This document shows positions 33,290 to 45,208 of a DNA stretch of 64,000 nucleotides, one piece after another. The stretch lies in the NCBI GenBank assembly GCA_937625935.1, contig OW569347.1, forward strand, positions 496,001 through 560,000, given 5' to 3'. The position numbers and the translations under genes are program-made. The notes under the pieces were generated by a model, which was not told the origin of the DNA, did not search any database, and saw nothing but the letters and a program-made list of their open reading frames with translations. Each line of letters begins with the position of its first letter. Position 1 is the stretch's first letter. The DNA is from Tetramitus jugosus (taxonomy: Eukaryota > Protista > Heterolobosea).

Positions 33290-33871
33290 ATGACGCACAA
33301 CATCATTGCAATCACTTCTGGAATAGGTGTTGGAAAGAGTACCCTACTGATGAAAATTGCCCAAAATCTGCAAGAGGCAAACAAATTGTCTCCCCGTGGA
33401 CATAATCTGATCCTATTGGAACCATGCACCAAGAAACGACAAAGGGTGTCACTACTATCCAAGAACCCTGCATTCGACACTCGGGTACCGGTTGGTCCCA
33501 CGAACCGACGATGGATATTCCATGAGTCTGCATTCCAAATTGCCCATGAGCATGTCAGGAATCTGGTGAAAAGTGTCACTTCCACGGATGATCAGTCAGA
33601 ACAGCTGTTCATTGTAGATGAACTCGGGTGGAAGGAGGCTGACCAAGAGGGACATTGGCCACTGATCCAAGAGATCTTCACTTCTGGAACAAAGCAAAAT
33701 ACAACCTGGCTAATGGCCATTCGTGAGGGATTGCTGGACACTTTCATGGACAAGTTTCGGCAAGCCAATCCTGACACAAAACTTGTCCTTTCTATCCATC
33801 TGAACGACAATTCAAACCTCGAGTATCACGAGTCTACCATCATGACGTCACTTTCCTCCATTTCGCTATGA
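33290..33871 (+). CDS. P-loop nucleoside-triphosphatase (NTPase_1/THEP1-like)
   Basis: ITSGIGVGKSTLL Walker A; LFIVDELGWKE Walker B. Confidence 0.8.
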   Translation: MTHNIIAITSGIGVGKSTLLMKIAQNLQEANKLSPRGHNLILLEPCTKKRQRVSLLSKNPAFDTRVPVGPTNRRWIFHESAFQIAHEHVRNLVKSVTSTDDQSEQLFIVDELGWKEADQEGHWPLIQEIFTSGTKQNTTWLMAIREGLLDTFMDKFRQANPDTKLVLSIHLNDNSNLEYHESTIMTSLSSISL

Positions 33872-34012
33872 TGACAAATTCAATCGTTTCATTTCTCCTA
33901 AAATAACCCCGAAACAAAAAAAATTCGCAACACACAAAGCGCCAAACAAGACGACAAAAACAACAAGAAACAAGCAAATAAGTAAAAACTCACCTAAACA
34001 ACACCAAAAAAC

Positions 34013-35749
34013 ATGTTCAGGATCATTGCCCGTTCATTCAACTGGTTACTGGGCAGAGAAACCATTGATGACTTTGGCATCCAATTCTTCTACTATCAAA
34101 AGCAGTTGCGCTCACTCAAATCTCAAGCTCAAAAAAATTCGAATCGCGCCGTCACCATTCCTCACAAAATTACAAAACTATTTCTCTTGTTCTACCTGAT
34201 TATCATTGCACCACTACTCACCTATCACCTAGGCTTCCAAACCAAGGAACAACGCATTCAGCTCGGAGTATTTTTGGCATTGGCTCTCCTTGTCAATAGT
34301 GTAGTCATGTGGTTGGTGAGAAGAGTTGTTCGATTGTACTATGATCGAAATGAGAATGTGGCTGTCATGAACATGGAAGAGTTGTTGAAGAGTCAGAGAG
34401 AAACGTTGGATCGATTGAAGCAGAAGACGGATTTTGAAACGACGAATTTGTTGGTGAAAAAGTATGAGACGGCGATACGGTACATGGGTAGTCGATTGCG
34501 CAACGAAAATGAAGACTCTAGGAATCATTTCTCCGATGATGAAGGAGTTGAGGATGAGTATGGTGGTGGAGAGGAGGAAGGCGCTAATGATGATTTTGAT
34601 GATGAGTATCCTCATGGTGAGTTGATGGTTGATGATACGGCGGGAGTATTGAGGCGGAGGCGGAATAATAATGCAATTTCGGCGACAAAGCTTACGAACA
34701 AGAGAGGAAAGCACGGGAATCATCGAACGAGTCAAGCGTCAGTGGGAACACAAACGGATTTGACACTCTTGAATAATCGCAATAACAGTAATTATATGAG
34801 TTTGTTGCAGCAGAGAGAAACAAACTCTTTTATACATGCTGTTCATCGAAGCAAGAGCTTGAACTCGATTGAATCGCCTCAAGAATTGCTGTCCATTGAG
34901 CCAGTATCACCTGAACCGCAATACATTATGCCAAAGGATGATGAAGACGAAATGAGTGATGCCAGTCGGACACGGTCCAGAAGTCGTTCCTTTAGTAGCA
35001 GCGGCAGTCCTTCTGCATCTCCCGTCTCAAGAAAATCTCAAAATGACAATCGGTTGCTACTCGAACAGAAAATGCAACAGATTGCAATGTTGACCAATAA
35101 TTTATCCAGGAAGGAACAAGAATTAGCACATAGAGAACAAGAAATACAGAAGAGAGAGAGGGAGATGCACAAACGATTGCTGAGACTAAAAACTGAGCAA
35201 CAACGAGCTCCATTAACACCGACAAAACTGTATGGAAGTGTGATTACGAACAAATGTGATAAACAAGAGTTGATGGCCAAGAATTTTGGTGGAGGGTGGA
35301 TGACTCGCATTGTAGATCGATTGATGGGTCAAAGTCCCGAAGACTGTTTGGCATTAATATGTGACCGGTGTCATTCTCACAATGGTCTTTTGATGTTGGA
35401 GGATGGTGATCAGCTGCAACAGTTTAATTGTTGGAGATGCGGTTATCAGAATGCCAAGCTTTTGGTGCAAAACAAAGCCAACTCTGAAGATTTACATTCA
35501 AAGTTTAATGAATCCCTCGCTCGGGAATCGAAGAATGAATCAACAAGGACAGACAATGCAGAATCATCAAAGCATGAAGACAAGGTGGAGAGCAAAGAAA
35601 TATTTGAGGATTTAGAAGACGAAGAGAAAGAAGTAACAGCGAATGATGAATCATCTGTTGAATATGATGCGATACTGAACACAGATGATGTTTCAGATAT
35701 GTCAGATGAAGGCAAAGCAGCTGTCATACAAGAATTTGATAACACATAA
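34013..35749 (+). CDS. LNPK: Lunapark (ER junction protein)
   Basis: Two TMs, coiled coil, WM.RIVD.LMG, ALICDRCHSHNGL..FNCWRCGYQN zinc ribbon. Confidence 0.9.
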   Translation: MFRIIARSFNWLLGRETIDDFGIQFFYYQKQLRSLKSQAQKNSNRAVTIPHKITKLFLLFYLIIIAPLLTYHLGFQTKEQRIQLGVFLALALLVNSVVMWLVRRVVRLYYDRNENVAVMNMEELLKSQRETLDRLKQKTDFETTNLLVKKYETAIRYMGSRLRNENEDSRNHFSDDEGVEDEYGGGEEEGANDDFDDEYPHGELMVDDTAGVLRRRRNNNAISATKLTNKRGKHGNHRTSQASVGTQTDLTLLNNRNNSNYMSLLQQRETNSFIHAVHRSKSLNSIESPQELLSIEPVSPEPQYIMPKDDEDEMSDASRTRSRSRSFSSSGSPSASPVSRKSQNDNRLLLEQKMQQIAMLTNNLSRKEQELAHREQEIQKREREMHKRLLRLKTEQQRAPLTPTKLYGSVITNKCDKQELMAKNFGGGWMTRIVDRLMGQSPEDCLALICDRCHSHNGLLMLEDGDQLQQFNCWRCGYQNAKLLVQNKANSEDLHSKFNESLARESKNESTRTDNAESSKHEDKVESKEIFEDLEDEEKEVTANDESSVEYDAILNTDDVSDMSDEGKAAVIQEFDNT

Positions 35750-35812
35750 ATAACTATTTATCTGAATTCAATCTTCCATTTGTTCAATATGTGCAGTTGC
35801 AGTACCAGTTGC

Positions 35813-38059
35813 TCAGGCGTCATTGAACGGATCACCAGCGAAGGGATCTGACTCAAAATCTCCCTTAAAGTCGATTACAAGGTCGTTCTGCTGAATTGGT
35901 AGTGGGCTGTCAGCGAATGGATCAAATTGAGGCTGAACTGGTTCTGTCGATGGTGTCAGCTTTTGAGGTGATGAAAACACGAACAGATCCTCCGAAATCG
36001 ACTTGCTGACAGCATAAGGACCAACTAGTTGATGATGTTCCGCAAAGGTACCGCCTGCAAAGTGTTGATCTGCCTGCGTTGGGCCATTTAGAATACTTGT
36101 AATTTCACTCTCAATTCCTGAATCAAGAGGTAGCTCCTCGAGATATTCAGGGCTCTCTGGCTGGGACGTATTGGGCGTAGATGATGATAGCAAGGGTGCA
36201 GAGTAGTCTTTCGCTTCATTTGCAGGTGCAACTCTCGAATCGCTGATGGATGTTGTTGAACCTGTTTTGCCCCACTTTCCGAACCAAGAACCGAAGAAAG
36301 ACTTGGACTTCGTGTCGTAGTTCTTGCTTGTCGTGACTTTGTTCTGAGTCGTTTGACTCGAAACATACTGTCCACTTGAAACAGGTTTCATTGCATCTTT
36401 CAGCATTGATGTTGTGCTGGCGATCACCCTTGTTGGTACAAGCGACGGCGTAATAATCTCTCTCTTCAACGGTATGGATTCCTTGTCAAAGCCATATTCG
36501 CTTGGCAGCAATCGAGCACACCGAATTTCAAACTCATTGTTCAGCACCGGATTGCTGCCATTTTCACGATAAGCCGTTGACCGATCAGCTAGAAACACCT
36601 TCAGTAGCTTCGAGTTTCTCATTCGTTTGAACAAGTCTTTGACTGATTGTTTCTTTGCTAATTGGTTGTCTGGAATATCTGTGAGTGCTTCCTCCAGAAG
36701 CAAATCCAAATCTATTGAATAATCCTTGTTCGTTCGAGAGAAGAGACGATATTTGCCAAATAGTGAAACCAACACATCCAAGAATCGATCGAGAATAGCA
36801 TCAGACAAGGACGACAGAGAGACACACAACGGATCAGCAGCCACTATCGAATCATATTGATCTTGATACTCCTCAATCAATTTCTCAACAGTCATTCTCA
36901 AATCGCCAAACATGTGCTCTGAATCATACTTGTACGTGTGACCACCACTCGCATTTGTTGTCGGTGTTGCCACATTAGCAGTTCCATTGGACCGATTTGG
37001 GTTTGCTGGTGATGGTGCAAACGATTGCACAGACTTGTTTTTCAAGTCAACCAACAGTGCTTGACGTGTGGAAGTAGTCAATGATGACGCAGAGGAACCT
37101 TGATTGAAGAAGCATTGAGTCATCTCAGATAGCATTCCACTGTGAATACCGACAATGAAGGGATGATTGGACCGACAGACCATGGGTATCGTCGCTTTGG
37201 ACACATAGGGAATAAAAATGTGTTGCCATCGAAACGGATAAATGAGTGCAGTGAGACTATGACAGCACTGAGACACCAATCGTGCATCATCACCCACAAT
37301 CACAATTCTCTGTTCACATAACACAGCATAAAACAATTGAATCACTTGACGAGGTGTCAATTGTGAGAACAAGGGAGAAACATCGAAACGAGACAAACAA
37401 AACTCCAAGTTGTCATCATCGAGCAGCGATGGCCTCACAAAATCAAACTGATGTCCAATCGCCTCATCTCCATTTCCCCATTTTTCACTCAGACTCACCG
37501 TAAACTGTTCTCCCGCGCATGGAACACTCCGATCAAAAAATGGCGCCAAAAAGGAATACAAGGCTTTCGCGCCGGACAAAGAGCGCAATAAATGACAAAC
37601 GAGCATCACTTGATTCAAAAAATTAAAATGTGCATGTTCACTCACAATACAATAACACTCATGACAACTCCTCCAATAGACACATGCTCCATATTTTCTC
37701 GTTTGACCGCTATTATTATTACTACTACTGTTCATCTCAATTGTAAAGGTATTGTAACCAAAGCTACTGTCTGAGCTCTCACTTGTGAAAGTAGTGTTGT
37801 GCTGACCGTGGCCATGATGATAGGCAAGTGGTGATGGTGACGAGGATAACATGACTGGAAAACAATAGTCATAAATCATGTCGGTATCTATTGCTGTAAC
37901 TCTGTTGTTGTTGTTGCTGTTGTTGCTTGGAGGAGGATATTGAGCCAGAATTTTGTTGTTATGATTGGAGGAGTTGGGTGATAGGGATGGTGGATAATGA
38001 AAGACGAGAAATGTGTCAAAGATGGTCGAGGTGGACGGTATGGATGTTGATGTGGCCAT
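35813..38059 (-). CDS. DENN-domain Rab GEF
   Basis: YCFP, KYGAC, LCEQRIVIV, LIYPFRWQHIFIP, PFIVGIH. Confidence 0.9.
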   Translation of the reverse strand: MATSTSIPSTSTIFDTFLVFHYPPSLSPNSSNHNNKILAQYPPPSNNSNNNNRVTAIDTDMIYDYCFPVMLSSSPSPLAYHHGHGQHNTTFTSESSDSSFGYNTFTIEMNSSSNNNSGQTRKYGACVYWRSCHECYCIVSEHAHFNFLNQVMLVCHLLRSLSGAKALYSFLAPFFDRSVPCAGEQFTVSLSEKWGNGDEAIGHQFDFVRPSLLDDDNLEFCLSRFDVSPLFSQLTPRQVIQLFYAVLCEQRIVIVGDDARLVSQCCHSLTALIYPFRWQHIFIPYVSKATIPMVCRSNHPFIVGIHSGMLSEMTQCFFNQGSSASSLTTSTRQALLVDLKNKSVQSFAPSPANPNRSNGTANVATPTTNASGGHTYKYDSEHMFGDLRMTVEKLIEEYQDQYDSIVAADPLCVSLSSLSDAILDRFLDVLVSLFGKYRLFSRTNKDYSIDLDLLLEEALTDIPDNQLAKKQSVKDLFKRMRNSKLLKVFLADRSTAYRENGSNPVLNNEFEIRCARLLPSEYGFDKESIPLKREIITPSLVPTRVIASTTSMLKDAMKPVSSGQYVSSQTTQNKVTTSKNYDTKSKSFFGSWFGKWGKTGSTTSISDSRVAPANEAKDYSAPLLSSSTPNTSQPESPEYLEELPLDSGIESEITSILNGPTQADQHFAGGTFAEHHQLVGPYAVSKSISEDLFVFSSPQKLTPSTEPVQPQFDPFADSPLPIQQNDLVIDFKGDFESDPFAGDPFNDA

Positions 38060-38266
38060 GACGATGATGATTGTACAATGTAATTTTTGTTGTTGTTGCA
38101 CTCGTGGTTGTGTTGTTCTTTTTTGAGTGTGTTACTTTTTGTTTGTTGTTGTGTTGTTCGTGTGGTGTGATTCGCTATTTTTGTGGTTAGTAGCACCGAC
38201 TCCATTTCCTTTCCCAATGATAGAAAGTTTACTTTGATTATAAATATTATGGATGATGGACTGTAG

Positions 38267-39251
38267 TTAATGGCCAAACTTGTCCTTGAGTTTTTCAAGA
38301 ACAAGGAAGGTGATCACAGTGTGAGGTCCCAATCTGAAGAAATAGGGAGTAAAGCCTCTCCAAAGAGACAATGGGCCATCTCTCTTTGCGATCTTGATCA
38401 ACACGTCCAATGAACCCTTGTATTCCAACTTTCCGTCTGGTCCAGGCTTCTGTGCCTGCAGTGTTGTCTTTGCTAAATCCACTGGAATGCTGACTGCAGT
38501 GGACACGAAACCACTGGTCAATGAAGAAACCAAGTGCAATGGAGTGCCCTCACTCATTCCTCCATAACTCACAAACAATTGCTTGGCTTGTGAGTAGACA
38601 GACAGTTGTGCAGCATTCAAAATCACAGCTCTGACAACAGTGGGACCACAACCGTTCCACATGCTGAAGAAACCTTCTTCTCTGGTGACTCTGATGAGCG
38701 CGTCAAACACATTTCTGTAATTTCTTCTCTGTTCTGGAGGCAATCGCCCATCAGATGTCATTCGAATGAGTGCCAACTCGGCAGGAGTACCCACAACAGC
38801 ACCGATACCACCAGCTGTCATACCAAAGAGCATCTTGATGAGGAATGAGGATGGAGCAGTTGTTTTTCCAGTCACTGGATCAACCTTTGTGAAATGATCA
38901 ATCAAGATGTTGTAAACTCCGAGTCTCGTTGTCGTGTAGGTGGCTTGTCTGAAGAGACCTGCTGTTAAACCCTTGTAGAGATTGAAAATTCCCTCTGATT
39001 TGGCAATGCTGGCAAAGGCATCAAATGAATTCTTGTACTTGACATTGGACAATTGGATTCGAGTTTTGATTAGATCAATGGGTTGTACGCAACAAGTGGC
39101 AACCATGCTGTGTTGTGTGAAATTACAAATTGACTAGTGTGAATATGGCACTGAGTGTGATCAAGTGGTGATCGACATGTGAAACAGGAACATACCCACT
39201 CAAACCGCCAAGATAAAATTGTTGAGATGAACTCAGATGTTTCTCGACCAT
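38267..39251 (-). CDS. SLC25A11: Mitochondrial 2-oxoglutarate/malate (dicarboxylate) carrier; intron 39108-39195
   Basis: VQPIDLIKTRIQ, RQATYTTTRLG, PAELALIRMTSDGRLP, RLGPHTVITF. Confidence 0.93.
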
Positions 39252-39376
39252 GTTGTTTGATGCTGACTTCTGCTCCAGAACAAAATCAGACAAGATCAAC
39301 CAAAAATACGCCCACAAATAGCAAAAAATATTAAAATTGATATTCGCTAAAAATGGAGCGAATTGTCATCATCGGA

Positions 39377-39447
39377 TCTCCTATGGTCTAGTGGTATGAT
39401 AGCGGACTTTGAATCCGTTGACGGTGGTTCGATTCCACCTAGGAGAA
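39377..39447 (+). tRNA. trnQ-UUG: tRNA-Gln (UUG)
   Basis: Acceptor TCTCCTA/TAGGAGA; anticodon arm GCGGA-CTTTGAA-TCCGT; T-arm GGTGG-TTCGATT-CCACC; A and B boxes; TTTT downstream. Confidence 0.93.
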
Positions 39448-39602
39448 CAGTTTTGTGCTTCTTCCTTCCATTCAAGGACTTTTATTTTTAACTATGTTCC
39501 GTTGATCTGATCCGTCAAAAGCTTCAAAAAATCGTGTCTTCTTTTTTGCCCGAGAAAAAAACCCCAAGTTCCCAACTTATAACAAAACACAAAAAAATTA
39601 TC

Positions 39603-40289
39603 ATGTCCTACCAACAACCTCCATACGGCGGATACCAACAACCACCACAACAACCACAATACGGTGGTGCCTATCAACAACCACCGCAACAACCACAATA
39701 CGGCGGTGTGGGTGGTTACCAAGCAGCCCCTCCACCTCAACAACAACAATCCTACTACCAACCACCATCTCAACAGTACGCTCAACAGAGTCAATTGAGT
39801 CAGTGGTTCAATGCTGTAGATCGTGATCACTCTGGTCACATCACTGCCTACGAATTGAGAAATGCTCTCAGTCAAGGAGGTATGCCATTCGATGAAGATG
39901 TCTCCAGAAAGATGGTCAAGATGTTTGACAGGGACGGAAACGGTCAAATTGACTTTAACGAGTTTTGCAACTTGCACAACTACTTGTCTCAGATGAAGGC
40001 TGCCTTCTACAATGTCGATACGGACAAGTCTGGTAATTTGACTTTTGATGAAGTGGAGAGAGCAGTGATGCAAGCTGGTTATCGCGTCAATAGAAATGTG
40101 CTTTACAAGATTTTCAGAAACTTTGATACTCTGAAGAGAAATGCATTGAACTTTGATGGTTACATCAAGTTGTGCATCTACATTGGCACTGTTCGTCAAA
40201 TCTTTATGAACTTTGACAGACAAAGAAACGGTTATGCTACCTTTAGCTTTGATGACTTTACTGATAGCTGTCTCTTGTTCACTCAATAG
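39603..40289 (+). CDS. Penta-EF-hand protein (peflin/ALG-2/sorcin family)
   Basis: Q/P/Y/G-rich N-terminus; DRDHSGHI, DRDGNGQIDFNEF, DTDKSGNL. Confidence 0.93.
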   Translation: MSYQQPPYGGYQQPPQQPQYGGAYQQPPQQPQYGGVGGYQAAPPPQQQQSYYQPPSQQYAQQSQLSQWFNAVDRDHSGHITAYELRNALSQGGMPFDEDVSRKMVKMFDRDGNGQIDFNEFCNLHNYLSQMKAAFYNVDTDKSGNLTFDEVERAVMQAGYRVNRNVLYKIFRNFDTLKRNALNFDGYIKLCIYIGTVRQIFMNFDRQRNGYATFSFDDFTDSCLLFTQ

Positions 40290-40320
40290 TATGTATGTTA
40301 TTGTGATTACATATTAGAAA

Positions 40321-40333
40321 CACACACACACAC
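40321..40333 (+). repeat. (CA)n microsatellite
   Basis: cacacacacacac. Confidence 0.8.
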
Positions 40334-40653
40334 GCGTGTTCATTGGATTTGGAGGGAGTCTAGTGGAATTCAATGAAACAACGTCGCAGTCACGCAGCTA
40401 TTCTATTTATTGTAACACGACCTAGTTGACACTGATCCATTTCTCTTACCTCTCGATCCATTGTAGCGAGAACCCTGTGTAATGGTTGCTATGTACACAA
40501 AGACTACTGAGTGAGAACTCTCGGCGATCCTATTGACCAATAAAATTCATGTTTATTGCCTGAACCCTTCCATTCTGTTTTTGCCGCCAAAATTTTTTCT
40601 GCCGCAAAAGAAACGAACCAAAATTTGACAGAAAAACCAACCAAACAGCGAAC

Positions 40654-41163
40654 ATGTCTTCTTCGAGAGATGATGAAGAGACACAGTATGTGTACGATCT
40701 ACCAAGAACAAGCATCAACAGAATCGTTAAGAAAGGCATTCCAGAGGGAATATCTCTCGGAAACGAGCCAAAAACTGCCTTCTCAAAAGCCGCTATCGTT
40801 TTTATCATGTATTTAACTGCAACGTATGTTGTTTGATGGAGATGGAGTGTTATTGTTCCATTACTTGTTGATGTTCACACAATCTATTTTTCTAAATCAT
40901 GCATCGCATGAAAACACAACAGGTCACAAGAACATGCCGGAAAAGCAAAGCGTTCCACTTTGACTGCAGATGATGTAATTGCTGCGATTGATGAGCTCGA
41001 TTTGCACAGATACAAGGATAAATTAGTGGAAACATTGAACGCATACCGGACAAGCCAGGCCGCCAAAAATCAGGCAAAGAAAAAGAAGAAGCAAGAGCAA
41101 GAGCCAACTGGTTCAGAAACCGCAACAGTTGTCAGCTCGGCTAACACACCACCACCTCAATAG
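40654..41163 (+). CDS. POLE3: Histone-fold protein DPB4/POLE3/CHRAC17; intron 40824-40922
   Basis: LPRTSINRIVK..AFSKAAIVFIMYLT/..KRSTLTADDVIAAI. Confidence 0.85.
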
Positions 41164-41292
41164 TAATTATTATGTACGACTAAATATATCTAAATATCTG
41201 AATTTGATCAAGCATCCCGTGCTTTCTTTACTGCTGAAGTCTGATGCAAAGTGTAGTTGCTCACAAGTATTCGTATGTGAAAACATGTCTTT

Positions 41293-42695
41293 TCAGATTG
41301 CATCATCAGCGAACAAGTGAGCAAATTTACACTGAATCTCTGCGATAGCACCTTTCAGCATTGGACAGTCCAACATCATCATTCGATTCATCTCTATATT
41401 GTATCTCAGGGCACAGTTCTTCATATCCTCTGTAAAGCGGGTCATATCTTCGATTACTCCCTCAAAGGTTCTATTGAGTTCATTTTCGGTGTTCTTTGCA
41501 TTGGTTTCCTCCGGTTCCATGCTCTGAAGTGCATTGATCGAATGATCATACTTGTGAGCAATTTGGTGCATTTGTTGATCCAGTTTCTTTGCAGCCTCTT
41601 CTTTGGCATTTGTTTGTTGTTGTTGTGGGACTGGTTTCTGAATACCTGCCAAGTTCATTGCTCCTGGCCCTCTCACTGGTCTGGAAGAGGAAGAGGAAGC
41701 GATGAGAACCTTGTTTTGTGGTAGAGGTTGTTGCTTCTGAACTTGTTGTTGATGAGGATGATCTGCTGGCTTGGCAGGTGAACGACCAACCACTTCGTTC
41801 TCATTTCTCATCATGGTTGGCTTCTGGGTTGGATTAATACGATTAATTGATAGAGGTTGCACATCTTGCATTGGTTTCTTGCTCTGGTGATGAAAATTTA
41901 CAGTAGGGGTTTGAGGCTTCTGAATATTGAGGATCATTGTGGTGGATTGTCCTCCAGTTGCTTGTTGTTGAGGTTTTGACTTCGTGGGCTGAACTTCAAT
42001 ACTCTTGTTTGACTTGTCTGGTGTGTCCCTAGAAGTTGGTTTGTGAGTTAGCAATGAATTAGGAGGTGCCATGGGTAGCACAGCATTACTTGATGTGGTA
42101 GGCACATTTTCTTTGTTCCTGCTGTGAATTGTGGAGTTGTCCGCTGATTGGGAAGCCTCAATAGTTGTATTGAATTGTTGTTTGAGCTTTTTGATGGGAG
42201 GTTCTGTGACAGGGATAGAACTCTCTCTATCACTGGATAGCTCATTCGATTCAATGAGAGATGCTGCTTCAGATATTTGAGACACTGTTATGAAGAGCCA
42301 CAGTTGTTAATTTTCCAGTTGTTGAAATACAAAAATTTAAGCTGTGTTTTTGTATCATTATTCTTACCCTTTCTCTTCTGACTGAAAAAGTTGTGGTTGG
42401 AGTCTTCTTCCTCTTGGATGGAAAAGTTGAAGGAAGCTGTGGATTTTTGATTGGAGTTGGTGCCATTGTCTGAATCATTCCTTCTAGACTTGTTGAAGAT
42501 GCTAGAATACAAAAATGTTGGAGAATGGTTAGAGAGACATTGGATGGCTTCTTTTTATCAACAAAACTCCCAACAAGTGATAATACAATACCTAAAAGAA
42601 TCATCATTGCTTGAACTGTTATCGTCAGTCATGAAGCTTCTAAAAGAATGGTTCTTGTTGCTCTCGCTGTTGGTAAAGAAGTTTTTGTTCAACAT
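41293..42695 (-). CDS. Low-complexity protein with C-terminal coiled coil; introns 42502-42591, 42285-42367
   Basis: Two GT-AG introns link ATG 42695 in frame to the 330-aa ORF. Confidence 0.7.
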
Positions 42696-42858
42696 TGATG
42701 TTCAAGTGACGCTGAAAAGTTTTGTTGTTCTGCTTTTTGTTGTTGTATCTGCTGTGTGATAAGACACCATAATCGTAGTGACAGAAAATGTCAAAAGAGC
42801 GGGAAGCTTCACGTGTGGAATTCTTCCAGAAATTTCTCTACAATAGAGCTGAGGAGTA

Positions 42859-44830
42859 TCAATGAGCTTCCTCCCTTGGACTACCCTCTTGGACATTTTG
42901 AGAGTTCGAGAGGATTCTCCTTGAATTCCCTCTTCTAAATATTTTCAACTTGCTCTCTTTTTTGGAATCCTGGTCATGAACTTGGTCGCTCTCTTGATCT
43001 GTGGTGGAAGATCGTCTCTTCCTCGCTAAAGCATTCATCTTAACTACAGTTTTCAGTTTGCTCGTTCCACTTTGAGCTTTCTGAGCTACAGCAGCAGTAG
43101 CTTGCTGCCGCCTTTCGATTTCCTCTTGCATAATAATCTTGGCATTGGGATATCTCCCAATTACATTGTCAAAATCTTCCTTCATAAGAACATACACCTC
43201 ACATAATTCTGCTGCTCTGATAGATGCAGTTCGTCTGGCATCGGCACTCAATAGAGCAATCTCCCCAAAAAATTTTCCAGCCTCCAACTTTGCAAAGACA
43301 ATGTTACCATCCTCGCTAATCACCTCCACTGATCCCTTGCCGATGAAAAACATTTCCTTTCCTATTTCACCCTTATTTACAATTCTGTAACCTGTCAAAA
43401 GAAGTGTATACTTTAAATACTGACATATATCTTGGATAAAAAGTTCTCCGCATTGCTGGAATAGAGGCACTTGACTCACGATATTTCTGTGGAGATACTG
43501 AGCAATGTTTCGCTTAATAGACATTTCAAGATCACCCATTATTTCTTCTTGATCTACACCTCTTCCTGATCTCTGTACAATACTGAAGAAAGTAAACGCG
43601 TCCTTTTGCAATCGCTCATTCACACTCCTGAACCTCATGTAATCTTTAATATTTTGCATCTTTTCATTGAACGCCTGTTCAGTTGCGCCAAGTTGATTAA
43701 TTAAAGCCACCACCGTACCCACGATGGTGGCGAAAAGGGCTGTACCACCAACAACTGTGACCAGAGAGTACACTACCTATAAACCCTATTGTTAGCATGG
43801 AATGACTGATAATCATGACATGGGTATTCAACAACTTACATCTGCTTCATTCTGTGGAGCTGCAGCACCATAACCGACAATTAATAGGGTAGAAAAGTAT
43901 AATCCTCCAACATACTGCCGAAACTTCTTCCTGAATACATAGCCACTGTCGCTTCCTGGCAGAAGGAATACATCGTTGATTAGTAGGTCATTTGAAGGGC
44001 CTCCTTCTGGAAACATGTAATTTCCATGTTTGTGTCTCATGTTGGCCAGTGCAATAAACAAGCAACCTAGCCAGTGAATTGTTATCAACAAATAGAAAGA
44101 AAACTTAATGATTCTCAGTACAACCGGTCCTGCGTCCAAAAATGGTAATTTTGCTGCCATATCTTCGACTGAGTTCATATATTGATTGTAATACAGTATC
44201 CCCAGTATCCTATGAGTTCTCGCCCATGGTGATTGAATAAAATAGTCGACTGGAATGTAGGTGAGAACCTCAATCAAAAACCATATCTGAGTCCAAAGAT
44301 AACCAGTTAGATTCTAAGAACATTCTGTGACTACTGAACAAAGTACAATAGATAAAACTTACATTGAAACAAGTTCTTAAAGATTCTTTTCGACTCTTTT
44401 TTAGCTCTCCATGGGATTCTACGGCCTGTAATAGTTGAAAGAGGAGACTGAGCCACGCCACAACATCGGTAAGCACATCAATCACTCGAAAACCAGAATG
44501 GGTGTAATCTTCTAAACAGGTCCGATAAGGTATAGATATGACATTCCATAAAATAGTAACGACCATCAACAAATTGACAATCATTCTCTCGTTTGATTCA
44601 GGTTCGACATAGTAAGCTCTAATCTTTGGGAGAATGGACTTTAAGATAAATACTCTATACTTCTTTTTCGTAAAGAACTTCTTGGTATGTCGTAAATGAC
44701 GAGATATTCGATCTTTGAATGGTTTGGCTAGAAACGGATCGACATCATCCTCTTCATCGCTGAATAGCTCAGAATCTGAGTCAACTTTGGTTACATCCTC
44801 ATGAATCTTCTCGTCTTTAACAGAACTCAT
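42859..44830 (-). CDS. Cyclic-nucleotide-binding-domain cation channel (CNG/HCN/KCNH-like); introns 44287-44362, 43777-43839
   Basis: TM helices, HWLGC, pore IVGYG, C-linker, GEIGKEMFFI..FFGEIALL..RRTASIRA. Confidence 0.92.
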
Positions 44831-45208
44831 GACAAAATAGGAATGAAATAGAGCTCTCTTCACCTTTATGAGTCAATGAAGGTCTTCAAAACAATTTTCG
44901 GTGACAATGTCCGTAGAGGAGCTCGCACTGACGGCCCGAATTCGACAGACGGAGAAAGAAAACTATAAATCGCCGTCATTACAACCACACATTTCTCCAA
45001 CAAAAACACGTTTCGACATTGTTGAACCAAAACAAAAAGTCAAACACTCTGTGGTCTGCACTCTCTTATTTTTTTTGTGAAAGCTGAGACAGTTCTCCAT
45101 TTCCCAAAAAACACGTAGCCTGACTGACTGATCCATCATCCCGCGCATTCTTTTTTCTTCTCCTCGCGTTTTTTACCCCGTCAAAAGCTTTTTCAACACA
45201 CCACAACA

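Noticed and set aside
40330-40530. U1-like snRNA (CTTACCT, CCATTG) or SECIS in the intergenic region
   Set aside because: No U1 stem-loops or Sm site assembled; no in-frame TGA in neighbouring genes
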